Shown: positions 25,456-38,021, numbered from the whole stretch's first letter. The stretch is DNA of 62,686 nt, filler included, from Globobulimina sp. (GCA_003354225.1; 40 parts of 40 records of this genome joined end to end with filler, not necessarily neighbours in it); one strand, 5' to 3'. Notes: generated by a model from the letters alone, not told the origin. Numbers and translations are program-made.

Positions 25456-26268
25456 GATCGAAGAAGGATGAGAAGATTATAAATATAGAATATGAAAGAG
25501 TATAAATATGGATTATGATACAGATAGAAGTAGCTGGGGTAAGGTGTCGATTTTAAACATCTCCACAGGAAAGAGGCAATCAAAGAGGAATTGAACGGAG
25601 AGCACCAAAGAGGAATTTGGATGAATTATCGAATATCACTGATCCTACATTGACGAATGTTAAAAGATCAAAGATATTATTAAGTACGTTACACTAGGAC
25701 GGTTTTAAAGAGAGACAATAGCTGGTAGTCTTACCGGTGCCGTCTGCATTCCTGGAACCTCGAGGGATATCCAGTCGGAATCCTTCAACGGATTGATCGA
25801 TGGACCGCAAGACAGTTTTCTGTTTTATGAAACAATTTACTAATCTGATTTGCAATATGAAACCAAAAACTATTTGAATAACAAAAACAATATTGCGAAT
25901 ATTCCCAGATGCCAAACATATTCCGTATACAAAGATCCAATCACTCATCCAATCACAGCTTCCTCAGTCCATTCGCGATCAAAAATCTGAATCTATTGAC
26001 ATAAATCAATGACAAATTCACACAATCAAAGACACTCAATCACACACCAATGCGACACGGACAAATCACATAAACAAATGACAAATGAGACATCGACACA
26101 CAATCCAATACACTGAAGCAATGACATTTTCGATAAAAGAAAGAATGAAAATTAATATTTATAAAACGCAGTCAATGACACTCACAACTCACAAACACAA
26201 AAAATGACACTCATGCACAAATGGAATTATTTATGGATACATCAATGCATGACAGACTCACAAATAAC

Positions 26269-26595
26269 TCAAAACAATGACGCACTCAAACACCAAAATG
26301 AATGAGATGATCCATTTGGTGCAGTAAATATATTTTTAATTTTCATATCTTTTACTTGATGCCATGTATTAATATTATTATTATAATGTCCAACACCTAA
26401 TACACCCATTCCATTAAAACCGCAACATTCATATGTTTCATCATCAAGCACAATATATGCTGCTACACCAATCCAATCATCACCGCCAGTAACAATATTT
26501 TTTATTTCTTTTTTAAATGTTTTTATTTTTGTTATTTTTTTACTATCTCGACTTCCTCCATCCCCCTGTTGTCCCTTTCCATTGGCACCAATAGA
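26269..26595 (-). CDS. RCC1-repeat protein fragment
   Basis: IGANGKGQQGDG and CCGFNGMGVLGVG...HSFW repeats. Confidence 0.6.
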   Translation of the reverse strand, partial: SIGANGKGQQGDGGSRDSKKITKIKTFKKEIKNIVTGGDDWIGVAAYIVLDDETYECCGFNGMGVLGVGHYNNNINTWHQVKDMKIKNIFTAPNGSSHSFWCLSASLF

Positions 26596-26824
26596 NNNNN
26601 NNNNNNNNNNNNNNNNNNNNNNNNNNNNNNNNNNNNNNNTTAATTAATTAANNNNNNNNNNNNNNNNNNNNNNNNNNNNNNNNNNNNNNNNNNNNCAGTT
26701 ATTGTACGTGTACTGTTGCAAGGATGCCATGATCAGCATGTGTGACGCTAAAGTTTTTTTTTACTTCAACATCATGGCATCTTAAACCTGACTTTAGTGT
26801 GACTTTAAAGTTAAAATATATAAG

Positions 26825-27357
26825 GAATCTCGTGGAAAAATGGAGATAGGTTAACGGGAGGAACGTATTTTTTAGTGCCGTATTCATCAGGTATACAATG
26901 GGCAAATGAGGAGAAAGAAGAGAAAGGCAGTGTGGATGTACGATATATTGGATTGACTGTGCATGGTAAATGTTTGCAAGGTGGTACTTTTAGTATACAA
27001 CCAGTGGACGGATATAGTGGCAATGAGATAGATGCAGTGTTATTAATGTATGCATTCAAATATGGTGAGAAAAAACAATGGCAAGATTTAGAGAGAAGAC
27101 ATTTTCAGATGGGACAATTAGATATTTATTGTGGTCGGAATACGTGTAAAGATAAGAATTTATTGTTTACAATGAGTCCATCTGAGTTTACAAATGTTTC
27201 CAATGGCAGTGGTTATTATGATTTTAAAATCAATCAAGAGAAACTATTTAAAATTGAAGTGGGACAAACCGTGTTATTCGCTGTGAATGTACCGACTGAT
27301 CCAAACAAAGAATATTCGTCTGTTTATAAATATGGATTGAAAAATGAATGGTTGTAA
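26825..27357 (+). CDS. Hypothetical protein (last exon)
   Basis: Open frame GISWKNGDRLTGG...GLKNEWL after an AG acceptor. Confidence 0.45.
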
Positions 27358-28265
27358 AATATAGATTTTGTTTTTTGAATTATTTTTTGTTCTGTAATCT
27401 TGTACGTATGTGGTTTATTGCATTATTTTGAAAATTATGTGATTTAGTTTTTGGTTGAGTTTTGAATTTTTGTTGTATGTTTTGTATATAATTTGCAAGT
27501 ATCTTATTATTCTAATACGTTTAAGATATATGGGACAGATGAATATTTGGCTAAGATAGACTGCAAAAACTGGCAAGTTTTTGTTTTTTCTAATCATGAG
27601 AGTAATATTAATTTTAACGTCTGTTATTTTTGCAGCTGAATCGCAATCAATGTGTATTTGGGGAGCTGCATCAACAAACCAGATGTTAAACGGTGAATAT
27701 ACATACGGGTGTTGTATAGGAGGAGATTCATACTATAGAATGGTTGTTGATTAATCATGTGCCATTAACGGTAAAAGCACGTTTTATTTATATATAGATA
27801 TTTGGATAGTTATTGGTTTATTGGACATACTGTTGGCAGCACAGATGTCTTTGCACTTTGTTCATCAACAAGTGTTTCACCCACTGATTGTAATGGTAAA
27901 TGGTCCTCTGGATTTGGAACAAGTACAGTGCAAACTACATCTGGTTCATGCCCACAGTTAAATTGTGGTGTAATCACAACAACCTTTTCTTCTAATAATA
28001 GATGTCAAACTGCATTTAATCAAAAAATAGGAGTTAATCAATGGAAAGGATATAATCAATTGTATCAACAGAATGTTATGTATATTTTTACTTTGCTCCT
28101 AGCTCAATTATTCAAATGGATTTGTAATGATCACGTATCAGATACATGCAATGTAAATAATAATANNNNNNNNNNNNNNNNNNNNNNNNNNNNNNNNNNN
28201 NNNNNNNNNTTAATTAATTAANNNNNNNNNNNNNNNNNNNNNNNNNNNNNNNNNNNNNNNNNNNN

Positions 28266-29735
28266 TCCAGACGTCACGGAATTTTCAAAAGTCAAAAAAA
28301 AAATTTCAATTTTTTCATAAAAATTAGTTTCCTAGCACAGTTTTTAACGCTGATTTCGAAAATGGCATTCATTTTTTATGAAATTCACCTAATAAGACTC
28401 CAGGATGGGCCAAATTCCTCGAAGTCAAAAAATATTTCACCCTTTCCTCACAAAAATAAGTCTGATTGGCGCTGACTTGGATTGGAACCTGACATTTATT
28501 TTTCAAGAAAGGTCCACATGTTTACTTTAGCATTTCAACAAATAGCTAAAAGTGGTATATAATGAATAACTAATTGTTATGAGCATGTTTATCCTGACTG
28601 GCACTTTCCAACAATGTAAGAGCACTTTTTTCATTTATCAATTTTTAAACCCATCATTATTGATGAACTCATTGTCTGAGCCACCAGTTATAAATTATAT
28701 ATTGTATCACATAATCACTTCATGGGTAAATATGCCTTCTACAGTTTTAGAGTGGCAAATCAGGTTATGACAGAGCATATAGTCGAATAAAGTACTGCAT
28801 ATATTCTTATGTGGCTGATGGTCATGACATAACAACTGCAGCAGAATTTGTGGAAGCAACTGCATCCATCGAATATGCGACTGTCATTACAACCAAACCA
28901 TGATCCAAATTTATAATGGTTTTACTGGATGCGACAGAACAATATCAGCAGAATCTGTGGGAGCCGAATAATCTTATATTATTACAAATGAACAACATGG
29001 AGGGAAACCTATTCGAGAAAGCTCGGACATGAATACTGGCTGCCCAGATTGGCACATATTCTCACATTGAAAGCGACAATGGATATGCACTTGTACAAGA
29101 TACATCTTGAACAACCTGAGGAGAACCAGAAGAACAAGTTGCAGTAGGCACAGGAACTAAACCTGATGATGAAGATGAAATCTCTCAAGTTGTTAACTCA
29201 GTGACACATGCAAGCTCACGAACATATATTACCTGTATAACACGCCTCTCCAAATTATTATTATTTTTGTACATGACTGATCAGGACAGTCACAATATAA
29301 GTAATGATTTGTCCTTTATAGTTACACTTTGACCTTCATCATCAGGTTTAGTTCAGTTTTGGCTCAGACAATGTGTTCATCAATAATGATGGGTTTAAAA
29401 ATTGATAAATGAAAAAAGTGCTCTTACGTTGTTGGAAAGTGCCAGTCAGGATAAACATGCTGAGAACAATTAGTTATTCATTATATACCACTTTTAGCTA
29501 TTTGTTGAAATGCTAAAGTAAACAAGTGGACCTTTCTTGAAAAATAAATGTCAGGTTCCAATCCAAGTCAGCATGAATCAGACTTATTTTTGTGAGGAAA
29601 GGGTGAAATATTTTTTGACTTCGAGGAATTTGGTCCATCCTGGAGTCTTATTAGATGAATTTCATAAAAAATGAATGCCATTTTCGAAATCAGCGTTAAA
29701 AACTGTGCTAGAAAACTTATTTTTATGAAAAAATT
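28266..29735. mobile_element. Internally deleted long-TIR DNA transposon (Sola-like relic)
   Basis: 376-bp inverted arms 28308-28683 and 29360-29735 with about a dozen scattered substitutions; internal transposase-like remnant at 28751-28903. Confidence 0.75.
28751..28903 (+). pseudogene. Transposase fragment, Sola-type DDD-like
   Basis: SGKSGYDRAYSRIKYCIYSYVADGHDITTAAEFVEA resembles the GKxxCDR...IK..I..Y...GHDI.TA third-catalytic-Asp region (recognised from memory). Confidence 0.55.
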
Positions 29736-29880
29736 NNNNNNNNNNNNNNNNNNNNNNNNNNNNNNNNNNNNNNNNNNNNTTAATTAATTAANNNNNNNNN
29801 NNNNNNNNNNNNNNNNNNNNNNNNNNNNNNNNNNNGGTTAATTCAGGAATGCTTAACGTTAAGAGATTGCTAATCAAAAA

Positions 29881-31305
29881 TTACTTTGATTGCATAAATA
29901 TATTTAATGCATGAATATTGTGTTTATAATTTCGTAATTGCGCAGCTTCAGTAATCATCATTGTTTGGTTGACTTTGTACTTAAAGTCGGAGGTAAACGT
30001 ATCGAGCTTCTTAAAATCTCCCATTCCATTCATACCCTCAATGATCGAACACATCTGACCATGATAGAATTTCTCATTGGCGCATAAATTGGCTTCAATA
30101 CAGGAACGAGTGAGCATATTAGTTTGGCGGAATGCGAATATACGGTAAAACTTCAGGGGATCCTTATTAGTGTGGCGATGGCAGTTTGATTGATCCAATC
30201 CAGTAAAATGCAAAATATCGCGGGTATAATTGTTCGCCAACAAGGTGGCGATGACACCCTTCAGAATCACGGAATTATTTTGAACCAAATAACCATTCGA
30301 ATCGTAAAATTGTTTTGAGTCCAAATCATTGAAAATCTTTAATATATTCCTAATGTGCTCGCCATTGCGGTCGCGCAATGTACGGTTATTATTGACACCG
30401 GCACCACATTTTCCAATATAAAATTCCAGGCACCGGCTACAGTAAATAATATAGATCAGATTCTTTGAAAAACATGACAGTTTCTGAGTAACTTTGAATA
30501 ACTCGTTGGTATTCTTACATTTCCAACGGCGACGCTCCTGATAACAGTCGGAGTGATTACAGCGGCAATTTTTGTTAACGTTGATGACAATGCCTTTGCT
30601 CTTCAAAACAGAACAAGGGACAAAGCCTTTCCACTCAGCTAATAAGGCGCGACGGCAGATTTTGTCATCAATATTGACGAAAACATCATCATTTCGGCGC
30701 ATATCAATGACGAATTGCTGGGGATGGAAAACAGATTTATCGATAAAGGATATTTTTAACTTATTATCATAGCTTAAATCGCGTGCAATGGCCATGGCGT
30801 GGTTGTCGTCACGAAATCGGTTTGGAGCTAAACGTTCCTTCAAATTTGGCCCGGCTCTCTGCCAAGTTTCTTTGAAGAAGGACAGGCGAATAATATTGGA
30901 TAAAATTGTGTCGCCATGGATGTGCTGGTTCCAGTTCCTACGGATAATTTTATTAAACAGGCCAGTGAGCAAAGGGTGGTATTTGTGCACAAAACGTGCG
31001 CACATTTCAAAATCGGCAGGGTCTGCACTGGTGCGGCGGAATCGAAATGGATTATATTTGGTAGGGTTCCAACGTTTGATAGCTTCTTCTTTGGTTAACG
31101 ACGCATAAAAATTAAAGACTGTGTTAACAATTAAAGGATCATAACCGCGTGCAATCAGATAACATTTGTATTGATAGATTGCGTCGCTCAGATATAAGTC
31201 GTCCGTGATGGAGCGAATGCGCATGCGATCCTTGGCCCGTGCTCCTGTCTGGCGTGCGTGCACGACAACTCGCATGCGATATGCTCCACGCTGACGGCAG
31301 CGGAC
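29881..31305 (-). mobile_element. Penelope-like retroelement: RT thumb, Cys-rich linker and GIY-YIG endonuclease (5' partial)
   Basis: RIRSI...YLIARGYD (thumb), FVHKYHP, PNLKERL, LSCFSKNLIYIIYCSRCLEFYIGK...TLRDRNGEH, NEKFY...GMN. Confidence 0.88.
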
Positions 31306-31405
31306 NNNNNNNNNNNNNNNNNNNNNNNNNNNNNNNNNNNNNNNNNNNNTTAATTAATTAANNNNNNNNNNNNNNNNNNNNNNNNNNNNNNNNNNNNNNN
31401 NNNNN

Positions 31406-32681
31406 CACAAATAAAGGCAAATGCCATGGCCGTATCCAATGTGGGCTTAATATCAATATCATCCTCATCCAATGCATACGAATCAAAAACAAATGGTATA
31501 TATTCATCCAATTCCTCAATTCCTATTTTATCAAAATCAAAACAATCAGATCTCATAAAACGTATATAATCCACGAAAGAATGTAAAAGTACAAATAATG
31601 GGTCTTCCGCTGCATTATTCGCCCACATATGACTCCTATTGGTCTGTGCAAAGAATTTATGAACTTTACCATGGTACAAACTTATACTATCTTGAAAAAC
31701 CCTGCATAAAAGTACACAATTTCAGATATTTTATCTTGTAATTCCGATCACAAAATATTGAATCTGTGACTTAAAACACATTGATCATAACATTGAAACC
31801 GTGCATATTGATTGCAATCAATCATTGCATCAAATATAACAATTCAATGTTATGGTCAATATATGGTCAGATGTGTTATAAACGTTTCATTGCAGTACGT
31901 TCAAATCACAAAATCTGTCAATTTTTGGTTATAGAAATATGTTATACAAAAAAACGAAAAAATGTTACCTAAATCGTCTGTGTTTGATTGCATTTGTAAT
32001 CTCCGCCATATTTGCCAGCTCAGTAAGAGCTGCATTCCGTTGCCGTTTGAGACAACAATTTGGTGATTCTTCATCTTCGGAACACAGGAATTCTGTTCCA
32101 TATTTATCACTGTTCCATAATTCATCATCAACACAGTTATTATTATTAATGTCACCGTCACTGCCAACCATACTATTAAATATAGGCAAATCCTGCCCAG
32201 CTGGGTCCATCTCTAAATACAGTGCATCGTTTGTGACATCCCAATAAGGCATCGAAAAGCACGCATAATCATCTCCTAAGTTTCGAAATTGACTTTCAAC
32301 CTCCCACACTATAACGGAATATATTGCAATTGGGTGCTTCCAAAAATATATAAATGCAAAAACATACCAAAATATGAATGCCAGAAAAAGAACTCCGATG
32401 TTTTGTGAATATCCTGAAACGCAACACCTTCTAAATGATGCGTGGCACAAAATGCTGATAAAACACCATTGTTACGTAATTGTTGGAACCCCAATACAAA
32501 ATGCATACGCTCATCATCAGAGATCATATGCCATGGTTGCCGATGTCGTGCACCTTTTGTTTTTGCGAATTTTATTTTAATTTATGTGTTTTGATGAGGA
32601 AATTAATTAACATTCAGCATCAGCGTGATTGTTGAAAAACAACTGTGATGTTACCAGCGAAAAAAAAAGATTCCACGCCAT
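31406..32681 (-). CDS. Secreted tyrosinase (type-3 copper protein), 4 exons (3' partial)
   Basis: Signal-like MAWNLFFSLV; CuA H...IHKTSEFFFWH...MPYWD; CuB HGKVH...AAEDPLFVLLHSFVD; introns 32554-32611, 32309-32367 and 31702-31968 keep the frame. Confidence 0.92.
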
Positions 32682-32975
32682 TATTCATACACTGTGAAAA
32701 GTTTTTCGTCTGAACTGAAAGAAAAAAAAACAAAATGAAAATCCAAATATTGTTCAGTTTTATCTACAACATCGAAAGCAAAAAAATAACGTACAAACAA
32801 AAAACAAACACAAAAAAGTCAAAAACACACTAATTAATTGTGAGTAAAATAAGAGCGAAACTCATCAATTACTTTNNNNNNNNNNNNNNNNNNNNNNNNN
32901 NNNNNNNNNNNNNNNNNNNTTAATTAATTAANNNNNNNNNNNNNNNNNNNNNNNNNNNNNNNNNNNNNNNNNNNN

Positions 32976-34024
32976 ATGCAATTACTATAAATTTCATCCG
33001 TTGCTTTTATGGAAATAATTGAATGCATAAATAATGTCAGATTTTGAACGGAATGGAATTGAATATTCGCAATATTAATTTCTAATGAATTTATATAAAA
33101 TGTAGTGATTTTTTTGAAGATATTTACAATTTTTGCTACATTATTTGCATTATTTGCATATTCATCTATGGCAGTATTAAAATGCAACGATATCGATGTT
33201 ACAATGTCAGTTAATATGTTTATAATTTGTTGGTTCTTGCATTGCAGCAGAATCTTATTAAAAATTGTAATAATTTGAAGAAATATTAGATTGAAATCAT
33301 GAATGTAAATAGTTTGAAATCTTTCATGTTGAAACAAATCATCTCCAAACTCAAAATATCTGTTCATTTTATCCAAATCTTCAAACTTTGCTGCTTCAAA
33401 TATTAGAATCTTTAAAATTAATTTGAATAAATTTCTATCATTACCATCATTGTCGTGTATTCTTTGATACATTTTTGACAGAATTTGGTGTTGCAACTCT
33501 TGATAAATTGTTGACCGCAACGTATATTTGTCGAGCAATGATTCAATAATTAAACAAAAATCATTATGTGATAAATACTTATAATTGCTATCAATTAATT
33601 TCTTGGCAAACACAAATGTTTCATCATTAATACTATGCGGGATCCACTGATGAAACGCACGCAGAATTTCTACAGTTATCTCAATAAATTTGTCTTTTGT
33701 ATATTCCATAAATTCAATACATACTCTCAACATAATTAGCGACGGTGATGATGTTTTTAAATGCGCCAAAACGTCATTTAAAACATTCACAATTAATTCA
33801 TCAAAGATTTTATAATCCAAAATCGAACAGGATACAAAATCTAAGCTCTCTAATAACTGCTGAAAAATTTCAAAATAATTTTCAATATCACTCACATTCA
33901 TTAATAATGCCAATATTCGATTTTTCAAACAAAGACATAATTTATTTATATGTGGCTTGATAAATGGCCGATTTTTATTGTCCTGACACATTTTGTTGAT
34001 TATTATGATTGGTATTCGAATCAA
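32976..34024 (-). CDS. Hypothetical helical protein (partial)
   Basis: About 350-aa ORF, no recognised motif. Confidence 0.45.
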
Positions 34025-34111
34025 CAGTGTATTGTCCTCACTTTGCTTTTGTGGGAAATATAATTGCTGTATTTGCGAGTTTTAGTGGTAAATAGTAAAC
34101 AATCGCAAATA

Positions 34112-34441
34112 TTAGGAATCTGTTTCTTTCTTTGCTGTCATGATTATTTCGCGAATGATAGGAATACATAATACGACATAAATGACATTAAATGACAGTA
34201 AATATAACATTGAACACAAAGTTATAATCGGAATCACAGAGGGCATAATCAATTGAAATAATTGCGATATTAAAGCTGGAATAATGTATAAACCAGGAAA
34301 GGTTGTAATTTTCTCATTATATTCATGACAAAATGTTTGTGCTTGTGTTATATGAAATATTTTATCCATGTATGACTCTTTAATATTTCTATCAATACAA
34401 TAAATTGTGATTGGCAAAGTTACAATGAGTAACAGTCTCAT
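34112..34441 (-). pseudogene. ALG10: ALG10/DIE2 alpha-1,2-glucosyltransferase N-terminal remnant
   Basis: ESYMDKIFHITQAQTFC...KITTFPGLY versus canonical EPYMDEIFHIPQAQ.YC...KITT.PGLY; E-to-K change and stop after 109 aa. Confidence 0.65.
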
Positions 34442-34889
34442 TTATNNNNNNNNNNNNNNNNNNNNNNNNNNNNNNNNNNNNNNNNNNNNTTAATTAATTA
34501 ANNNNNNNNNNNNNNNNNNNNNNNNNNNNNNNNNNNNNNNNNNNNATATATCGTTTAAACAAAATTAATAAAAAATTGATTTCTTAGTATTTTGAAGAAG
34601 CCAAATCAGTCCAAAGCAATCCACAGGGAAAGCAATTCTTATAAAGCGAGTATAGTTAGCCGATGGATCACCGATTACACTCATTTCACTCAATAAAAAT
34701 AACTGCAGAAAGAAATGCATCCGATAAAATGCCAAACAATACATTAATTGTTGCATAAAGCATCAAAAGAAAAGATTGGAAGATAATACATTCACAACAA
34801 TGTAGGAATTTGCGATGAACGTTTTTATTAATACAAGCAACTTTGTATCCATCATAAAAGGAAAAATTTAAATACATTATCAATTTCAA

Positions 34890-36014
34890 TTAACAGATTT
34901 TGAAATTGTCACATTTCAATCGAATCGTATATCCAGTATCGTTTTTTAAACGTTTTTGTTTCAATGACCAGCCAATACTGTTAAGGCGAACTTTAATGGA
35001 AAGCCGTACATTTGGTATTACATCGCTTGGTCGCTTATAATCAAAATATATGTATTTTATTATTTGAATTTGTTTATTGTGCGTTAACCACGTTATTGTA
35101 TCTTTTAATACGTTCTCATTAAATGCGAAATGATTATATAAATATATACATTCCAAGTTGGGAAACAATGACAAAAGCTTTGAATACGATATTATCCAAT
35201 TTTTATCATTTCTACAATGTGCATTTTGTAAAAAATACTCTTGTAATCCAACTGATATGTCACCCAAATAAATAATTTGTTTTTTAGATGGATGAAATAA
35301 ATATTTTACTAAATGACAAACTAAAATACAAACATTTTTATTCAAAATATTATCTTTATATCGATTAACATCTGATATTTTTTTAATGTTAAACTGTTTG
35401 ATAAACGCAACCGTTTTGTTTAAAATCTCAATAAAAAATGGTTCAATTTGTGCTGACATTGAATATATTCCCTTGGTAAATAACCGCAACGTAAAATAAT
35501 ACCAATTCATATATATCTGCAAATTGCGTCTATTATTCGCATAGTCCAAACGCGCAAAACTCGTAAATCGTTTGTTTGTGCGATCCAAGTCAGATACTGT
35601 AAAATGTTGTAAGTTATTAATTTCAGAGTAAACCATACGTATTCGACAATACATAAAGCCAATGATTCGTTCATTTTCTTCAGGATAGTCTGAAATTATT
35701 GACGCATCAAACTGATAACAAAAATTTGACCGCGGATATTTGCTACAAAACTGGATCACCATTCCTTTATTTGTCGCAAATGTGGAAGCAACGTGTTTAT
35801 TGGTAGTGGATGACAGCGGTCCCCAGAACGTAGACAATGAGTTCAAAGGCGATAATATCATCGCAGGGTTCACGCCGTGGTACAGACATTCGTAGGAAAT
35901 GAAGTCCTGAAAGTCTTCGATAGTGGATATCATAGACGCTCTCCAATGATAAAAGTTGCTCAAAATCACCCGTAAGGTCTCCATTTCAGATACAATATTC
36001 CATTTATTTCTGTT
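34890..36014 (-). CDS. ART-like (ARTC/VIP2-fold) protein (5' partial)
   Basis: LYHGV...FWGPLSSTT..HVASTFATNKGMVIQF...FDASIISDYPEENERII. Confidence 0.55.
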   Translation of the reverse strand, partial: NRNKWNIVSEMETLRVILSNFYHWRASMISTIEDFQDFISYECLYHGVNPAMILSPLNSLSTFWGPLSSTTNKHVASTFATNKGMVIQFCSKYPRSNFCYQFDASIISDYPEENERIIGFMYCRIRMVYSEINNLQHFTVSDLDRTNKRFTSFARLDYANNRRNLQIYMNWYYFTLRLFTKGIYSMSAQIEPFFIEILNKTVAFIKQFNIKKISDVNRYKDNILNKNVCILVCHLVKYLFHPSKKQIIYLGDISVGLQEYFLQNAHCRNDKNWIISYSKLLSLFPNLECIYLYNHFAFNENVLKDTITWLTHNKQIQIIKYIYFDYKRPSDVIPNVRLSIKVRLNSIGWSLKQKRLKNDTGYTIRLKCDNFKIC

Positions 36015-36128
36015 NNNNNNNNNNNNNNNNNNNNNNNNNNNNNNNNNNNNNNNNNNNNTTAATTAATTAANNNNNNNNNNNNNNNNNNNNNNNNNNNNNN
36101 NNNNNNNNNNNNNNTATATCGCATAAAA

Positions 36129-37019
36129 TTGGTGTTTCAAGATTCAATCTATCAATACCCATCAAAGAGATTACAATTATTATTAAGTGCAATTGCGTTT
36201 TATTTCATGGTATCTATTACACTCTTATTTATAGTAAAAGCCACTCATTGGAATCTACTTACACCCAAATACTCTGATTTCGTCCGTTGTGCTAGGAACG
36301 ACGACTATCGTCCACTAAATATATTTCATAAAACGTTTGTTGCATTATCTGATCAGATATTTAATGGAATATTTGTTTATATGTTTGTCTCTAAATTACA
36401 TTTATTACGCAAAGAGTTAGTTAAACAATATTTAAATGAACATTCTATGAAATACATTGAAAAGGCAATATCAATGACGCAAAGTAATGATAAATCCGAC
36501 ATGAAGAACAATGCATTGTATGTACCTTCAGAAATAGGTACAGATGCAACGAATAGTAATACATTGAATGTTGATAATATTAACAGTGCGAGTTTTCCTC
36601 GTAAGAGATTGAGTGCAATTCAAGTTGAAGAAATATCAAAATATGCAAATTCAAGTTTTACATTAGAGGTTATTGCCAGTAACTATCCTGATTCAAGTTG
36701 TGAGATAGAAAAAAATACAATTGAAGATATTATGCGATTGCATAAATTAATAATGAAACAAACTATTTTAGTTTTAGTGACAATTTTGTCGTCGAGTACT
36801 TTCCACATTGCAGTTGCATTTATGCCTATATTGATGACGCAAGTTTGGATGGACATTACATTAAATATAATAACAGTTTGGTTAATGTTTGGCTGCGCCA
36901 ATAAATATTGGGACATAATTGTTAATATTTGTTGTTGCTGTTGTTATACAAAAATAACTAAATATTTGCAGGATGCTAAGAACATTAAGGATAATAATAG
37001 TGCTGATGAAACAGATTAA
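36129..37019 (+). CDS. 7TM/GPCR-like membrane protein (C-terminal part)
   Basis: Hydrophobic helices flanking a long loop; C-terminal CCCCC cluster. Confidence 0.45.
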   Translation: MVFQDSIYQYPSKRLQLLLSAIAFYFMVSITLLFIVKATHWNLLTPKYSDFVRCARNDDYRPLNIFHKTFVALSDQIFNGIFVYMFVSKLHLLRKELVKQYLNEHSMKYIEKAISMTQSNDKSDMKNNALYVPSEIGTDATNSNTLNVDNINSASFPRKRLSAIQVEEISKYANSSFTLEVIASNYPDSSCEIEKNTIEDIMRLHKLIMKQTILVLVTILSSSTFHIAVAFMPILMTQVWMDITLNIITVWLMFGCANKYWDIIVNICCCCCYTKITKYLQDAKNIKDNNSADETD

Positions 37020-37230
37020 TACAGGACACAGAATTTTATTCTTTAACAAAAGTTTTTTAATACAAACTGCCCCAAGTTTTTTTCTAAAAGAAATTGGTTG
37101 GAATTGTGTGTGTCTAACCTTCCCTGGTTGGAATTGTGTGTTTTGTTAATTAAAATCATGATAAGTATCATCTCAGACAATTAATTCATACGTTATACAG
37201 TATATGCAACCAAAACAATGTTTTAATTCA

Positions 37231-37583
37231 TCAAACACACAACGCCTTAACATGCGCTGTAACACAACCTTTCAACGAATCTAAATTATAGCCACCTTCC
37301 AGCACAGATACAATTCTACCCTCACAATGTTCATTTGCAACCTCAATGATCCGCTCAGTCATCCATTCATAATCTTCTTCAACAAAATTCAAATTCGCCA
37401 ACGGATCATCTTTGTGTGCATCAAATCCGGCAGATATCATAATTAAATCCACGCCAAACGCATTCAATTTGGCTATTATCCTCTCAGTAAATGCATTCTT
37501 CACATCCTCACTATTGGCACCTTCACTAAACGGTATATTCAATACATTATCAAAAGCACCACATTCATCTCCACCTCCTGTTC
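37231..37583 (-). CDS. Histone deacetylase family, class II-like (C-terminus)
   Basis: NIPF...DLIMISAGFDAHKDDPLA...GRIVSVLEGGYN. Confidence 0.93.
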
Positions 37584-37902
37584 NNNNNNNNNNNNNNNNN
37601 NNNNNNNNNNNNNNNNNNNNNNNNNNNTTAATTAATTAANNNNNNNNNNNNNNNNNNNNNNNNNNNNNNNNNNNNNNNNNNNNGACGAATATGAATGATC
37701 AGTTCATTAGAATCGCTCCCATTGGCACATTGCAATAAAAGGGAAAGAATAAAATTGGTGCTAATACATGAGCAAAAAGCAGATAGATTTAATGCAGTTT
37801 GTTTAACAATGACAATGTTAACGATTTCCATTTTATCCAATGGATACACCGCATTATTTAAGAATGATAACAAAAAAAAATATTAGTGTGAAAGTTTCTT
37901 AC

Positions 37903-38021
37903 AAGTACATGAGGTACATGAGAGGTACATGGAGTACATGGAGGTACATGGAGGTACATGAGAGGTACACGGAGGTACATGGAGGTACATGAAGTACATG
38001 AGAGGTACATGGAGGTACATG
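37903..38021 (+). repeat. Minisatellite, 12 units of 9-11 bp, consensus GAGGTACATG
   Basis: Read directly; near-invariant GTACATG core. Confidence 0.92.

Noticed and set aside
27600-28165. Cys-rich extracellular-type coding fragment
   Set aside because: In-frame TAA and a frameshift, no family recognised; too weak to call.
28308-29735. Long inverted repeat as an amplification fold-back artefact
   Set aside because: Mismatches are spread along the arms and the core holds a transposase-like remnant, unlike the near-identical fold-back at 54514-54842.
28266-31305. Composite element made of the TIR element plus the Penelope ORF
   Set aside because: They are on different contigs separated by a linker.
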